From Felis catus (Eukaryota), in NCBI RefSeq assembly GCF_018350175.1, contig NC_058368.1, positions 191,954,001 to 192,018,000 on the forward strand: a DNA stretch of 64,000 nt. Direction: 5' to 3'. Of this stretch, positions 13,017 to 25,425 are shown piece by piece. Under the pieces are notes generated by a model. The model made no database searches, was not told the DNA's origin, and worked only from the letters and a program-made list of their open reading frames with translations. Both the position numbers and the translations under genes were made by a program. The first letter of the stretch is position 1, and every line of letters begins with the position of its first letter.

Positions 13017-14779
13017 AAGAAGTTCTTATAAGCATATAACAGTGTTCAATGTATATTTATAGCAGCATTGTTCATAGTAATAAAAAAAATCTGGAAACGG
13101 CCTAAATATCTATCAAATAAAGAACTGATAATTTGTGCCATGTTCATACTGCAGCATAGTACATAGTTGGAAAAAGGAATTGATGTTACAGGATATGACA
13201 TGAATGAGACTCATGAGCACAATGTTAAACAACAAAAGCAAATTGTAAAGCAATTCACATAGCATGATTCTATTTATGTTTGAAAGAATGCAAAATTAAA
13301 TCCTATGTCAAACCCAACAGTTGTAAATCCATAAACACATATAAACACAAGACTATAATCTTCAGTGAAGATAGTGAGGGCAAGTAGGAACAGAATAAAG
13401 GGATACAAAAGTGGCTACAGGTGAGAATTCATTCACGCATCGCCTGGACCTCATGACAGGATTCTGCGGAGGTATCATGGAAGAAGTCGGAAGATGGTTA
13501 AGGGAAGAGACATCTCTACAAATCATGCCTCACAGGTTGGCTTCAAAGTGCTTTGCTGATTCTGCTATTAGAAGATATCTAATGCCTGGAGTCCATTAAC
13601 TGGAGCAGGTCAGCCTAATGAGAAGTATGACTACAAAGGGCAGAGATCTAGAAGGTATCAGCGTATACCCACTCCTTAAGTCGCATGCCAGCGCTGGGTT
13701 GCAGTCAGGATTCTCATTCAAATCTGGGCTTAAGAGTCACTCCTTGCCTTTCCCAAGGAGAAAAAATAGAGAAGAAGCAAGCAGTAATTCACACTGCAGC
13801 CCTGTGCAGCAGTTGAGATGATTCCCATTTGCCAGTAAGGACATCAATTCTCAGAGACATTAAGTAACTTGCTTACGGCTGCACAGCTAGAAAAAGACTA
13901 GATGGGCATTCAAACCTAGGTCTGCCAGCACCAAAGCCCCATAATCATCTGCTAGGTATCCAAAGCATCTCCTGGGAGATGGCTGGGAGCCATGTTGAGC
14001 AACAGGGATGGGTAGCGGACTAGAAACCGAAGAGTATAAAAGATCAGAAGTCACATCTACTACTTGAAAAACATGACTCCTGATTACCAGAAAACCAGTG
14101 TCCCCAAAACACGCCAACTGTAAGAGAACACACACACAGGAGACTCTTAGCAGGGAGGATTTGTGAAAGGAGAAGAGGGAAAACCCAGTGCTGCAAAAGA
14201 ATAAAAATGTAATAGGAATTACAGGTCTTAGAAAACTCTCATCTTAACCCTTGTTGAGACCAGAAGTCGTTAATCTCTCTATTTAGATCGCAGTCACGGT
14301 ACTGTTCACCGCTGGGCTTTCTGCCCCAAATCCCTCAAAGTACCTCCAAGCATTTCAGCCCACTCCCGCCCCTTCATCCTGGAGAGGTTAATAAATTAGC
14401 TAGCAGAGGCTGTTTCTGTCTCCCTGCTTACCCGATTAATGATAATCCACTGGGGATGAACAATGTTCAGGCTGATGCTGAGGGAATTCCAATTAATTCC
14501 TCAGAAACCAATTCTCCTTTGACGGGTTTCCTCTGCAGAAAGCCCCTGCATTTATCTCAGCCCAACAAAGCTGTAATGAGATCCAAAGCCTTTAAGAAAG
14601 GCAGCCTTTGACTCAGACTGGGCACTGTGGTTGTTAGCCAGCAACGAGCCTACTTTATACCCCAATCCCAAAGCCCGCCCAACACCTCACTCATTTCCAT
14701 GACAAGTCTCTCCCAAATAGTGGGAGAGACTTTATCCCAAATAGTGCTCGTGGAGCACCTATGCCAGGTGCCATGGAGT

Positions 14780-15018
14780 ATCCAGCATTGGTTAGGAGTA
14801 CTAGTTTGGGGATGAGGCTGCCCTTACTGGAAAGCTGGCTCTGCCTTTTACCAACTGTGTGAAATTGAGCAAATTACTCAACTCTTCTGAATCTCGGTTT
14901 CCTTATTTATGAAATGGTTATAATAGTACCTCTATGCTCAGGAGGATTACAGGATTAAAGTCCCTAGAGCAATGTATGGTACACAGAAAGCTCAATAGAT
15001 ATTGACACTTTTGATTAT
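14780..15018 (+). mobile_element. MIR
   Basis: CTGTGTGAAATTGAGCAAATTACTCAACTCTTCTGAATCTCGGTTTCCTTATTTATGAAATGG core. Confidence 0.8.
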
Positions 15019-16769
15019 TGCCATTCTAACTACCTTTTCTATGCCAGTAAAATGGGTATTTTAATCTCACTTCACACCTGAAGGAACCAAGATTCAAAAA
15101 GGTAAAACATTTCATTTGCCCCAGGACATAATTCATTCCTGGCAAAGCCAGGTTTCACATCTACTTCAGGATGGTGTCAAAACTAGAATGTCTCTGGGCT
15201 CATCTCTGGTGTGTCTTTGTATTTATTTGCAATCTTTCTAAATCAGAGGCAGGGAGCCCTCATTTAAGGATTCATTTCTGACACTCCTAGACAGACAAGG
15301 AAGCCTCTTCAAGTAGTTAAGCACCCATTCAGACTCCGACAGAATAGGAGTTGTCCCCAGAGACTGAAGGAGCAAGGCCAGAGTGTCATGACATCGCCTA
15401 AAAGCTGACAATAAGCAGCACTCATGCCCCACAGCCACCAGCCCCCACCCCAGTGTTGTCTCCATCACAAGAACCACCCTAGGACAGCTGTAAAAAGCAG
15501 GCTTTCTCAGCACAGCCCAGACCCCTACACCAGAATCTCTGATAAAATCCAGAGATTATGAAAATCTAATTTTGAGAATGCAGGACCTTTGAGGAAAAAA
15601 TTTAAGGTCTGAAAGATAGCTATTATTCTTGAGATGATTTCTTATGTAAGACCAATTTTTCTATTGGGATGTTTACCCTGAGGACACTTTGAAGCAATAG
15701 GGAGGCAGCCTGATGCTTCACAAATGGCCAACTGCAATGTTCTCCTCTCCGTTGTCACTCTTGTAAGGGAATAGCTATGACAACCATGATTCCCTGTTTG
15801 GAAGGAAATCAGTATCAAGTTAATATCAAAGGCGAGGAATGGTCCCCAAACATCTGTTTCCATTAATAGTCTTTGCTTAGAGATCATACATTTATGCTAA
15901 GTGTTTCAAATGCTCTTCTAGTCTCCAACACTAGTAAACTCCTTTCTCACACACACAGAGGAGTCTAGGCTCTTTCAAGTCTCCCCGGTGGCCTTCCTTA
16001 ATAGTAAGAGGCAGTAGCCTCACATCATCAAGCTTATGTAGGAGGAAACTAAGTGAATCGTGGCCAGTACAAAGGAAAAATTTTACCCTCTGCTCAAAAT
16101 CTCTTCAGTTCATTTCTAAAGACCCACTTTAAATTCCATCCTTTCAAGAAAGCCTTCCTTAATGACTGCCTGCGTAACTCCAGCCAGAGAAAGTCATGAC
16201 AACTCTGAGAGACGGTCTCAGCTCCTTATTCTTTGCAATTCTATTCTAGGATGATGATAATTCAGTACATTATTTTATCATTGAATGCTCACAAATACAA
16301 TCATCGTGTTCCAGAGTTCGCTTTTTTGCCTTTTGTATCTTTTCTCTCTAAATTGATTGTAAGCTGAGGACAAACCTTCTTGTTTGTATCCCTATTACCT
16401 TCTATGGCTCATGATACAAAACTTCAGTTTAGGGACTACTTGCTGACAGGCCCCTTAAAAGTGATACCATTGATGTTTGTGTCTTACCAAATTAGTAATT
16501 CTATTTGCTTTTATTAGTCCTGTAATGAGTCAAGGCAACATAATGGAGCCATTGCATATAGGCTGGAACCACTGATATAAAGAGTAGAAAAGTCCTAATT
16601 TTCTTCCCCTAATAAGCCAGGAGACCCTCTAGGAAGTAAGTTTTACTTAAGTGAGACCAGGAAAGAGGAAATCAGGAGGACTATGTCTGGCAGGTGTTGG
16701 TTTAGACGTCTGAGAATAAGGTGTAAAGGACTCTTGAGGTTTCTATATTGACTACTTCAGCTGACCACA

Positions 16770-17484
16770 ATGTGAAGTTTTGTTGGTGGTGATTGCTCAA
16801 CACATTTTCTCTCTCTCCAGTTTCTGATTCTTGCTCAGACCCACCTGCCCCTGCCACCACCCATCACCATGCCCCATCCAAAGCACTAGGCCCAGCACAT
16901 GGTCTGAGCAGAGCCAATCAGAGTCCTTTCCTAAGCTTAATATATAGGCATTTAAAAGGGTAAAGCCTCTTTCTGCCATGTGTGTCCTAAATTGGAACCA
17001 TTTGAGCCTGAATCTGTTAGCAACCATCTCCCACGACTATATGAAAGACATCAGTCTGTTATGATAGAATGAGTTCAGAAACAGAGAAAATCAAAGAAAA
17101 GAGGTAGTGGAAGAAACACAGCTTTGCTAGCGTTATTTGAGGCACTCAATCTAGCCAGGTCCTGGATTCCTAGTTTCTTTTTTTAATTTTTTTTTCAACG
17201 TTTATTTATTTTTGGGACAGAGAGAGACAGAGCATGAACGGGGGAGGGGCAGAGAGAGAGGGGAATCGGAAACAGGCTCCAGGCTCTGAGCCATCAGCCC
17301 AGAGCCCGACGCGGGGCTCGAACTCACGGACCGCGAGATCGTGATCTGGCTGAAGTCAGACGCTTAACCGACTGCGCCACCCAGGCGCCCCTGGATTCCT
17401 AGTTTCTAGAGCAAATTAATTCTCTTTTCACTTAAACCAGTATAACACAAGTTTCTGTCACACAAACAGAATCTTCACAAATAC
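16770..17484 (+). mobile_element. MaLR solo LTR (MLT1J/K-like) interrupted by a young SINE
   Basis: GCCAATCAGAG, GCAACCATCT, and 3' end CTTAAACCAGT...TTTCTGTCAC...AATACA typical of old MLT1. Confidence 0.6.
17179..17391 (-). mobile_element. Young felid Can-SINE (SINEC_Fc1-like)
   Basis: Reverse complement reads GGGGCGCCTGGGTGGCGCAGTCGGTTAAGCG with CpGs largely intact; perfect TSD TGGATTCCTAGTTTCT at 17163-17178 and 17392-17407. Confidence 0.98.
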
Positions 17485-18789
17485 AAGACAGAAGGTCTAG
17501 CAGGCACAAAAAGTGTACTCCATGAGGGTACAGGCCATATCTGCCTTATTATTTCTTCACCCTTAGTGTCCAGCTTGAGAACTATTTGGTAAATGAGTGG
17601 GTAAATCTTGAAGAATCCTAAATACCTCAGCAGGAACTGGCCCAGATGAGAAGAGGCAAGAGGTCTAGCAAGCATCTGAAGCATGGCCATTTATCCTTTG
17701 AGGAAGATTACTGTCTCTTGTCTTTATTCCAATCAGAGTTTCAAGAAGATTCCAAGACTTTATTCTAGTAAGAGTTTCAAGAAGTCACTTGACAATTAAT
17801 TAAATACTGAAGCTTCTGAGTTTGACTCTTTTTTGTTGGTGATGCTCCCCAGTTTGTAACTATGTATTGTGATTAGAATGCTTTTTATGTGTCTGTGGAG
17901 CTTGTCTCCAAGTACTTCGGGGTTCTTTCTTCATTCACTCACCTTCTAAGCCCGCAGCAGACCCTTGCCTAACTGTGAATGGTCTCTGGTATGATTTTCA
18001 TTAGACGTTTTAACATAAAGTCCATTCCCCCAAAGTAGAATCCTTCAACAGTAGTAACTTAGCAACATGACAAAATACCTCCACAGCAAAAAGAAGCAGG
18101 AAAGAATTGGTCTTTGGTCATACTTATTTTCTTACAACAAGTGTGTCACTTAGTGATAAGCAAACAGAGAATTGCCACCACACATATGTTTCCTCTGGTG
18201 TTGACAGAGATGTTTGTGTACAAACAGGAAGCCAACAGAGCCCATGTACGTAAGTGGTCCAGCAAATCTGCACTATTTCTAAATCCCTCAGTTAATTTTT
18301 CAGCCCACTATACCCAGATGAAATACTGGAGACTTAAATCAAGAGAAACATTTAGAATAAATTTAAAAGTGTGGTCTTTTCACCGTGGCTTGACAGAGAG
18401 GTAGGGAACACCAAAGCAAATATGTCCTAGTATATTCTGGGCACCAGTGTACTGATATAGATACCTATAAAGAGCCTGGAATAAGTAAAAACACGTGCTG
18501 AGGATTTGACCCCTGATCCCTGTTTTTTAGGTCTGCCTCCAAGATTACGCAATGGCCTCCCTTAACTGGACACTGGATCAATAGTGGTAGTGATGGGGAA
18601 GCATGGCAGAAAATCAGGACTAATACTGTGAAGAGGTGCTCCTGATAGGGAGGGTCTATGAGACAATAGTATTCGTGTGTTCTGAGATTCACAGTTCTTC
18701 GATGTTGCTCCATAGTGTCCATGATTATCAGCCAACAGGATAACAAATGCTATCCCAACATTTGCTCAACCCCAGGTAACATTGGTAAG

Positions 18790-19378
18790 ACAACTCCAAA
18801 ATGTCACCAGAGTGATCTTACTTATGAGGAGATTAGTCCACATCATTCCTCTACTTTAAAACTTTTAAGGAACCACCATCACTTACAGGATGGAAGCCAG
18901 GTTTCTTCACATGAAACACAGGGTCTCTGGTGATCTGAGACCTCTATCCTCAGCCTCATCTCACACCTACATAGCCTCATCCTCTTCTCTCCAAAAGGAC
19001 GGACTTTCTCAGTATCTCCACTCATGTCCCAGTGATTCTTGCTCCAATGTCTTTGTGCATTCCCTTCCCCTCTACTTGGCCTCCACAGATGACCTCATTG
19101 GTCAAAATCATACCCATCTCCTCCAAGAACCCTTTACTAAGCTCTAGTCTCTGGGTAAGATTTCCTTCTTGTTCCTCCCAAATGCCCTGTAGCTGCTGCT
19201 TTCATTGCATTTACCAGAGGTCATTATAATTTTCTATTTATTAGGCAGTCTCCCTCATTAAACCAGGACATTCTTCTGGGCAAGAACTGTGTCTTAGGCA
19301 ATTCTGAGTCACAAATGCCTGGCACAGAAATTTGCATATAGAAGGCACTGAAAAATATTTGTTGAAGAATGAATAAAT
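18790..19378 (+). mobile_element. L2 3' fragment
   Basis: Ends in TGCCTGGCACAG...AAATATTTGTTGAAGAATGAATAAAT, with a pyrimidine-rich L2 body upstream. Confidence 0.8.
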
Positions 19379-19599
19379 CCACCTCTAATTTTTCCCAAAA
19401 TAAACCACATTTCCCCTTAATAGCATACCCACAAGCATATACATATCCTTGCACATGTAAGTGCACACATACCCCTTAATACAACTTTTGGAAAGAGTAA
19501 AGGAATTATAAAACAGTAAAATGCCAGCATTAGAGGCACCTTGTAAAAGGTTAACCTTTTTGTCGACATGAATACTTTCTTATCCAAACACTTAGGTCA

Positions 19600-19900
19600 T
19601 GTCCAACATGAACATCTCCAGTGACTGATGAGGAACTCACCTTAACAAGCAACTTCTATTCTTGGGCTTCTCTGAGTGTTAGAAAGTACCTGCTTATGAT
19701 TAGCTGAATTTGCTTGACTGTAACTTCCACAGACTTACTGTCCTAGCTCTATTCCCTAGAGCCACAAGACATACCTTCAAATAGTTGAAGAAACCAAGTC
19801 CTCACTCCTCCAGAGCGCACACCCCAAATTCCTTAAACTGACACCCAAAAACTTGAGTTCTGAGTCCCTTTACAGACCTAGTCATTCTTCCTGGACATGC
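19600..19900 (-). mobile_element. CR1/L3 relic
   Basis: TCCAGTGA...GGAACTCAC; GTTAGAAAGT; TGTAACTTCCAC; CCTTCAAATAGTTGAAGA resemble antisense L3. Confidence 0.55.
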
Positions 19901-19953
19901 TCCAGAATTAGCCCTCAGGATCAAGATCATCTGTTAAAAACTTTAGAAGTACA

Positions 19954-20176
19954 GGGACACCTGGGTGGCTCAGTCAGTTAAGCATCTGACTTTGGCTCAG
20001 GTCATGATCTCTCAGTTCACGAGCTCCAGGTCGGGCTCTGCACTGACAGCTCAGAGCCTAGAGCCTGCTTCGGATTCTGTGTCTCCTTATCTCTCTGCCC
20101 CTCCCCCACTCGTTCTCTCATTCTCTCATTCTCTCTCTCTCTCAAATACATAAAAAACATTAAATTTTTTTTTTAA
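19954..20176 (+). mobile_element. Can-SINE (SINEC_Fc type)
   Basis: Typical head and tail; TSD TTTAGAAGTACA at 19942-19953 and 20177-20188. Confidence 0.96.
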
Positions 20177-20204
20177 TTTAGAAGTACATACTGGTATAAA
20201 TTCT

Positions 20205-20378
20205 AAAATGAAATTCTTAAACTTCATTAAAAACTAAAATCACTGGGGAGGGTTATTAAAAATACACTTTTGGGGTCCCCCACCTTCACAGAATCCAATG
20301 GGTATGCAGTAGGACCCAAGAATCTATCTTAATAAGCCGTTCAACCAAGCCCACAGACCACTCTTCAAGAAACAATCT
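20205..20378. mobile_element. hAT-Charlie MITE (MER5-like)
   Basis: AATCACTGGGGAGGGTTATTAAAAATACA...GGACCCAAGAATCT...CAGACCACTCTTCAAGAAAC. Confidence 0.55.
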
Positions 20379-20964
20379 AAGAAGTCATCAATTTTGGCTT
20401 CCTCTTCTGTAAATGGGATTAAATCTGTCTTCCTCTCTGATCACAAGGTAACGTGAGACCTACCTCCCAAACTGATCACAAAATACAAACTAAATATTGA
20501 ATGCACAATAACGTTGGAATGGGAAACAGGCATTCATTAAGCCTGATTTGAACAAAAGAAGACCTCCTGGCAGATGGCATCTCCTCATCAGAGACTGAGT
20601 TAGAAATGTTGGTCAAGGGGGTGAGAGACCAGATTTCATGCTCTTTATCCTCCTGAACAGCAATCTTCTAAACAGCATAAAGATAAATCATCTGCTGTCT
20701 GTATTTTCTGAATGTGTCATGGGAAGCCTTTTCCATCCCATAAATACGTATATTAGTAAATCAAATAAGCTGGAAAAGCACTTAGGCATGATGCCAGGAG
20801 AAAAATCATGCCAGCATTGTTTCACTTCGTTAATGTTATTAGTAAATCATTAATTGCCACTATTGATGAATTTTACTTAAAGAGAAGCTTTAAAGAATGA
20901 GCTACAGAAGGTAAGGCAGCAGAGACACATTTCCAGGGAGGGAGGCAAGAATGAAGGATGCTAA

Positions 20965-21170
20965 AATCTCAGACTCTAGAATCAGATAGGGCTGAGTTCA
21001 AACCCTGGCCCTTCCCTTTACTAATTTATTACCTTAAGCAAATTACTTAACTGTTCAGAGCTACCATTTTCTCATCTGTAAAATGGAACTTCTAATGGTC
21101 CCACTATCATGGAGTTGTCATAAAAATTAAATGATCAACAATGCAAGGTCCCAACACATTAGGTATTATT
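20965..21170 (+). mobile_element. MIR
   Basis: CAGACTCTAGAATCAGA...GAGTTCAAACCCTGGC...AGCAAATTACTTAAC...CTCATCTGTAAAATGG. Confidence 0.8.
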
Positions 21171-21484
21171 TCCATATTTATGCATATATGTATTTACTCT
21201 TTTATTATTTCTTTCTTACCCGTGCTGCACAGAGTTGGTAGTCAAACTACCCCTTCCTTTCCATAGATAAAGACGCTAAAGCAAAGGTTTGGTCAATCGC
21301 CATGGAAACAAAATTCAGGTTGTTCAGCCACAAGACCAAATCCAAATTTCCCATCCATCTCCCTCTCAGAATGTGGCCCTCGTGGCAATAGAACCAGAGG
21401 AGCTTCTTAGAGCAAACTGGCCTAATGCCCATCCTGGGGGAGCTAGAACAACACAAGAAAAGCTATAGACCGGGGTTCCATTCT

Positions 21485-21605
21485 TCTCCATTCAATTATT
21501 CCTTCATTTGCTCACTTGACAAATATTTATCGAGCCCCTTTTCTGTGCCAGGCACTGGGCTAGGACCTGGGGATACCAGTGAGTAAAGTCAGTCGATACA
21601 TGGTC
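21485..21605 (-). mobile_element. L2 3' end
   Basis: ACAAATATTTATCGAGCCCCTTTTCTGTGCCAGGCACTGGGCTAGG. Confidence 0.7.
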
Positions 21606-21619
21606 TTCGTTTTCACTTT

Positions 21620-21880
21620 GTTAACATCTCTGCTCAGATGTTGCCTCACTTAAGAGGCACCCTCTCCAACAGAGCATCCTGTATCCCTGTCGCACTCTCC
21701 CCTTTTACCTCTTTTTTTCCCCTCCCTTTCCTCAAATGCTTTATGTTTTTATTCTCTTCCCACAATCCTTGCTAAAATTTAAGGCAGCGACTTCCTCCAG
21801 TTTGTTCACTTTTATATCCCTAGCTCCAAGGATAATGCTTGGCCCACAGTACTTGCTCAATTAATATTGGTTGACTGAGT
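21620..21880 (+). mobile_element. L2 3' end
   Basis: TTGTTCACTTTTATATCCCTAGC...GCTCAATTAATATTGGTTGACTGA. Confidence 0.65.
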
Positions 21881-23361
21881 AGAAGGAAAATTCTTAGTGG
21901 GGGGTGGGGAGGCAGAGAGAGGAAATAAATGACTGTGAATTATGAATACCAGAAAGGAAATCCACTGGGGTTGGTTAGGGAATGACAAGCAGGGAGCCTC
22001 ATGGTAGAAAGAGAGTGACGAAGATCCTCCCTGAGCTGAGGAAGTGATGATTGATCCAGGGGTCAATAAGCCATCCATGCACAGACAGGAAAAGAGCCCT
22101 GCCCTTTGTGACCCTAGGCCTGTCACTGCCTTTTCCAACATGCACTTGCAACAGGATTCAGCAATCAGAAGTAACCCTCACCTGTCAGACTCCTCCTAGG
22201 ACTTAGCACGCTGAAGATACAGAGGGCTGGAATAGCATCCGGGACCTGGTGGGGACGTGATATGTGAACAAAATGCCTTCATAAAATCCACTGCACACAC
22301 CACTGAAATTACAACAGAAAGAGGATTTAAGTCTGGGCTTTCAGCTCAGGGAGCCATGCCGCAGCTCTGCAATATTTCGGTTATGCTCTAATTAGTTGTT
22401 AGCATACGGTGCAGGTGTCAGGTAATCTGCACTTACTAGAAAGAAATCTGCAAGTAGCAACCAGCAGAAAGGGATAGGGAAGCCAAGGCACTCCTACCCT
22501 TGGAAGGGATCCACCATCCCCTAGTACAAGGAGATAAAACTCACAGGGCCGTGGCATGTTAGGGACTTGGGTGGGGGACAGAGATTTGACAGCCATCTGT
22601 GTAAGTGAGGTTAGTTTCCCAACCAGTAGGAGCAGTGGAACATCTCTGGGAAGGGCTGCCTGTATGGTAACCATGAGGCATAGTGGGAAAGGAGGTACTT
22701 CCCCACCTCTCTCATTCTATCGAAAAATGAGGCCACATAAAAGCATCACCACATCTTCATGCTAAAAAAGGAATGCAGGCAGAGGGGAAAAAGCAGCTCT
22801 GAGAGGTCAGAGTTCGCCACACAGATGCTATGACACCTGGGACCACCAGCACATCTCCTCCCTGTCCCTCTGAAAGCCTCACTCCAAAGTCTGAAATACC
22901 CCAGAATCTGATGGTATTCACACTCTGATGACAGAAGAAAACTACCACGCTCTCAGGACAAACACCATGTCCCCATTCTGGCACATTCTGGCCAAGTGGC
23001 CCAGGCTCATAGCATCAACTCTGGACCTTAAAAGCTGGAGTACAGAGCATTCGGTGGACAGAATAATTTTATACAAGATAATTTGTGTTAAACCATCAGC
23101 ACTCGACCTGGAATTCATTTATTAGATTCGCTTTTGAAAAAGACATAATGCTGAATGAATGGAGCCAAGAATGTACAAGTTTTAATGAAAATAAAAGTTT
23201 AAAGTGGGCTAACATATGGCCCACTGCTGTAGAGAAAGATGGGTTGGAGAAATAGGGTCCTACTTGCCTGCCCAGAGTGATCACAAGAGGCAGAAGAATG
23301 CTGGGAACCTGAAGACAACTGGCTCAGACAGGGAGACATAATCAGAAAATCCCACCTTCTT

Positions 23362-23552
23362 GGGGCTCATTGGTGGAGCATCTGGCTCTCGATTCCAGCT
23401 CAAGTCATGATCTCACAGTTCGTGAGGTTGAGCCCTGTGTTGGGCTCTCTGCTGACAGCATGGAGCCTGCTTGGGGTTCTCTCCCCCCGACCCCACCCTC
23501 TCTGTCTGTGCCCCGCCCCCCGCTCACATGTTCACTCTCAAAATAAATAAAT
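23362..23552 (+). mobile_element. Can-SINE (older, head partly deleted)
   Basis: CAGCTCAAGTCATGATCTCACAGTTCGTGAG...GGAGCCTGCTTGGG...CTCAAAATAAATAAA. Confidence 0.9.
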
Positions 23553-23554
23553 CA

Positions 23555-23830
23555 ACATCATATGTTTTCGCACAGATGTGGATCTTGAGAAACCTAACAG
23601 AAGACCGTGGGGGAAGGAAAGGAGGGGAAAAAGTTACAAACAGAGAGGGAGGGAGGCAAACCATAACAGACTCTTAAATACAAAGAACAAACTGAGGGTT
23701 GACGGGGAGTGGGGGAGAGGGGAAAGTGGGTGATGGGCATTGAGGAGGGCACTTGTTGGGGTGAGCACTGGGTGTCATATGGAAGCCAATTTGACAATAA
23801 GTTATATTTAAAAACAAACAAACGAATAAA
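23555..23830 (+). mobile_element. Felid-type L1 3' end, 5'-truncated
   Basis: Closely similar to 29225-29480 in this window (GAGAAAC.TAACAGAAGACC...GAGCACTGGGTGT...CCAATTTGACAAT). Confidence 0.93.
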
Positions 23831-23840
23831 AATGTTCATT

Positions 23841-24068
23841 GGGGGCATCTGGGTGGTTCAGTCAGTTGAGTGTCTGGCTCAGATCATGATCTCGAGGTTC
23901 GTGGGTTTAAGCCCCATGTCGGGCTTTGTGCTGGCAGCACAGGGCCTGGAACCTGCTTCGGATTCTGTGTCTCCCTCTTGGCCCCTCCTCTCTCTCCCTT
24001 CCTCCCTCCCTCTCTTTCTGTCAAAAATAAAAACCTTAAAAAATTTTTTTTAATAAAAAATAAAAATT
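23841..24068 (+). mobile_element. Can-SINE
   Basis: GGGGGCATCTGGGTGGTTCAGTCAGTTGAG head, CT-rich region, A/T tail. Confidence 0.93.
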
Positions 24069-24149
24069 TTTTCAAAGTAAAGTCCTAGGAGGGGTTTGAC
24101 AGGTGAGGGTTGCTTCTGGTTCCCGATGTCTTGCCAAGAGCATGCTCCC

Positions 24150-24300
24150 CTTTCCACATTCTCTTTGGGTCTCAGTCTTCCCACCTGCAAAATGGACGGA
24201 ACACCACCGATCTCTTACGCTCAGTTACAGATTAAGTGAAGCAGCATTAGTCAAGCACCTGGCAGAGAGCTTGGTACATAGTAGGCATTCAGATAATAAG
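24150..24300 (+). mobile_element. MIR
   Basis: CTCAGTCTTCCCACCTGCAAAATGG...GATTAAGTGA...TGGTACATAGTAGGCATTCA. Confidence 0.7.
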
Positions 24301-24999
24301 AGTGGACTTCTGTTTCCTTCTTGTGGACGTTGCTCATTAAAAAAAAAAAAGTAATAATAGTAATACCATGAAAGAGCAAACGTACAGAAAGAAACCTGAA
24401 CCCTGAATAATGAAGACTCACTATATATTCAGCTCAAAAGATGCAGGACAACTGCTTTAAAATCTTTTCTCTGGAGAAAAGAGGCAGCTTAGGGATGGGG
24501 ACATGAGGTCTCCCCCACACTGAGTCAAGCTATCTGTGGGCCTGAAGCATCTCAGGTTTGCCTGAGGTAGACAAATGTTCCCACCTTATCAGTGGGTTTC
24601 TTTTCTAATTAAAATGCATGAACTTCTGTAAGCTCCAGGTGCCCAGAGGAAGGGGGCGGGGTGAGAGGAGGAGAGCAGCGAGCTACAAAGAATCTCTTCC
24701 CCCCGCCCCCGTTTAAAAGCCAACCAAAAAAAAAAAAAAACAAGGTTATTGCCAAAAATGTGAGCAAAAATCATGATTGACCTGGCAACAGTGGTCTCTA
24801 AAGAGACACCAAATTAGGAAGGAAAAGAAAAAGAATGGATGGCCTGGAGGCCCTTCCCCTGTGAAGGTGAAGGTATCTCTGTTTGGGGCTGGTGGCACCC
24901 CATTTCTGCCTCAGCTGACACTTTCCAAGTGACAGCATGGTAGGGAGCCAAGAAGTTTCCCTAAGAGGACCATGGACTGTGAAAGTAATTGTTGATCTT

Positions 25000-25425
25000 T
25001 ACTGGGTCCTTTCTTCATGCCAACACTTTGCATTTATCATCTCATTATTCCTTATGACGACTCTTTTAATTTAAGGCCTCCTACCATCTCCACTTCATCC
25101 ATGAGGTATCTGAAGCACCAAGATGGTAATCATCAGGCATCATAACCAATAATTGGTAAAGATGGGATTCAAACTTTACAAGCTCCATGATAATAGCTAG
25201 CTTTTATTGGTCACTTACTAAATGCCAGGCACTGTGCTAAATCCTTTACCACCTTTCGTTTAATCCTCATGGCACCCGGAGAGGTGGCTATTGTTAGGAC
25301 ACCCATTCTACAGGGAAGTAAACTGAGATTCAGACAATTTAGGTGGCTCACTCAAGGTTATACAGCCAGCAAGTAGTGGAAACAAGATCCAAACCCAGAT
25401 TCCAAACCCATCTTGTCAAAGGTTG
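25000..25425 (-). mobile_element. Two adjacent MIRs
   Basis: CACTTACTAAATGCCAGGCACTGTGCTAA...CCCATTCTACAGGGAAGTAAACTGAG...CTCAAGGTTATACAGC, with a more degenerate copy upstream. Confidence 0.7.

Larger units (their letters stand above)
12010..13300 (+). mobile_element. Ancient L1 (L1M) ORF2-end/3' fragment interrupted by two Can-SINEs and a (CA)n
   Basis: AGAGTAAAAAGACAAGCCACAAATGTGGAGAAGCTATTTGCA; AATAGGCAAAAGGCTTGAACAGA; TTTATAGCAGCATTGTTCATAGTAA. Confidence 0.75.

Noticed and set aside
17722..17784. 36-nt-period repeat containing AGAGTTTCAAGAAG twice (superficially CRISPR-like spacing)
   Set aside because: There are only two copies in mammalian DNA with no cas genes; it is a simple local tandem duplication.
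18544..18553. ATTACGCAAT C/EBP-type site
   Set aside because: A single isolated motif is not enough to call a regulatory element.
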